NCBI RefSeq assembly: GCF_947568905.1
Contig: NC_079167.1
Location: 23,374,001 to 23,438,000 of the forward strand
Length of the DNA stretch: 64,000 bases
Direction: 5' to 3'
Source: Ostrea edulis
Lineage: Eukaryota
In this document: positions 63,695 to 64,000 of the stretch, in pieces
Layout of the letters: every line of letters starts with the position of its first letter
Numbering within the stretch: position 1 is the first letter of the stretch
Notes under the pieces: model-generated
What the model was told of the DNA's origin: nothing
Database searches by the model: none
What the model saw: the letters and a program-made list of their open reading frames with translations, nothing else
Translations under genes and position numbers: made by a program

Positions 63695-64000
63695 CTGAAG
63701 CAAAACAGTTCATTTTACCCCAAAGCAAATCGTATTTTTGAAATTCAATATCATTGTCATATTTAACTTTATCATAAATGCTAATACATCATCGTTATGA
63801 ATTTATGCGTACGAATGTTACTAGTTTGATATTAAAGCTATATGACCGAAAACACGCGCGATGTAGGGTTCAAAGTTTGGTAAAAAGTATTACACTGCTT
63901 AGCTTCCTGCTTAACAAAATATGTAACATTCCTATTATCCCCCCCCCCTCCTCATGGTGCGAGGTTTGTGGGGGAAAAAAATAAAGATGATAAAACAACA

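Overview
AT-rich, intron-containing animal genomic DNA. The repeat content (Helentron-type element with satellite core, tRNA-derived SINEs) resembles bivalve/oyster genomes; the taxon is an inference. All genes found are on the minus strand. (1) 935-7885: first five coding exons of an SVEP1/polydom-like gene (signal peptide, VWA, EGF-like, Cys-rich, sushi) with a GC-AG intron; it runs off the left edge. (2) 13296-63694: a head-to-tail array of at least five paralogues. Four are complete (A-D, about 1170-1310 aa, exon chains rebuilt by hand with consistent splice phases) and only the last exon of a fifth is inside the window. Each encodes: N-terminal MG motif in three of four; a KY/hillarin/Cyk3-type transglutaminase-like domain lacking catalytic Cys and His; four KY-type Ig-like domains with variable low-complexity inserts; two helical-hairpin repeats; and a C-terminal domain resembling the dynein heavy-chain microtubule-binding domain (MTBD), with no AAA+ motor. 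This architecture is the main candidate for an undescribed system, a possible lipid-anchored membrane-to-microtubule linker family. (3) 59398-60274: a small three-exon orphan gene with one in-frame stop. The rest is introns and intergenic DNA with SINEs, LINE and Penelope-like 3' fragments, MITEs, minisatellites and one 129-N assembly gap. All domain calls come from motif recognition by eye; no searches were run.
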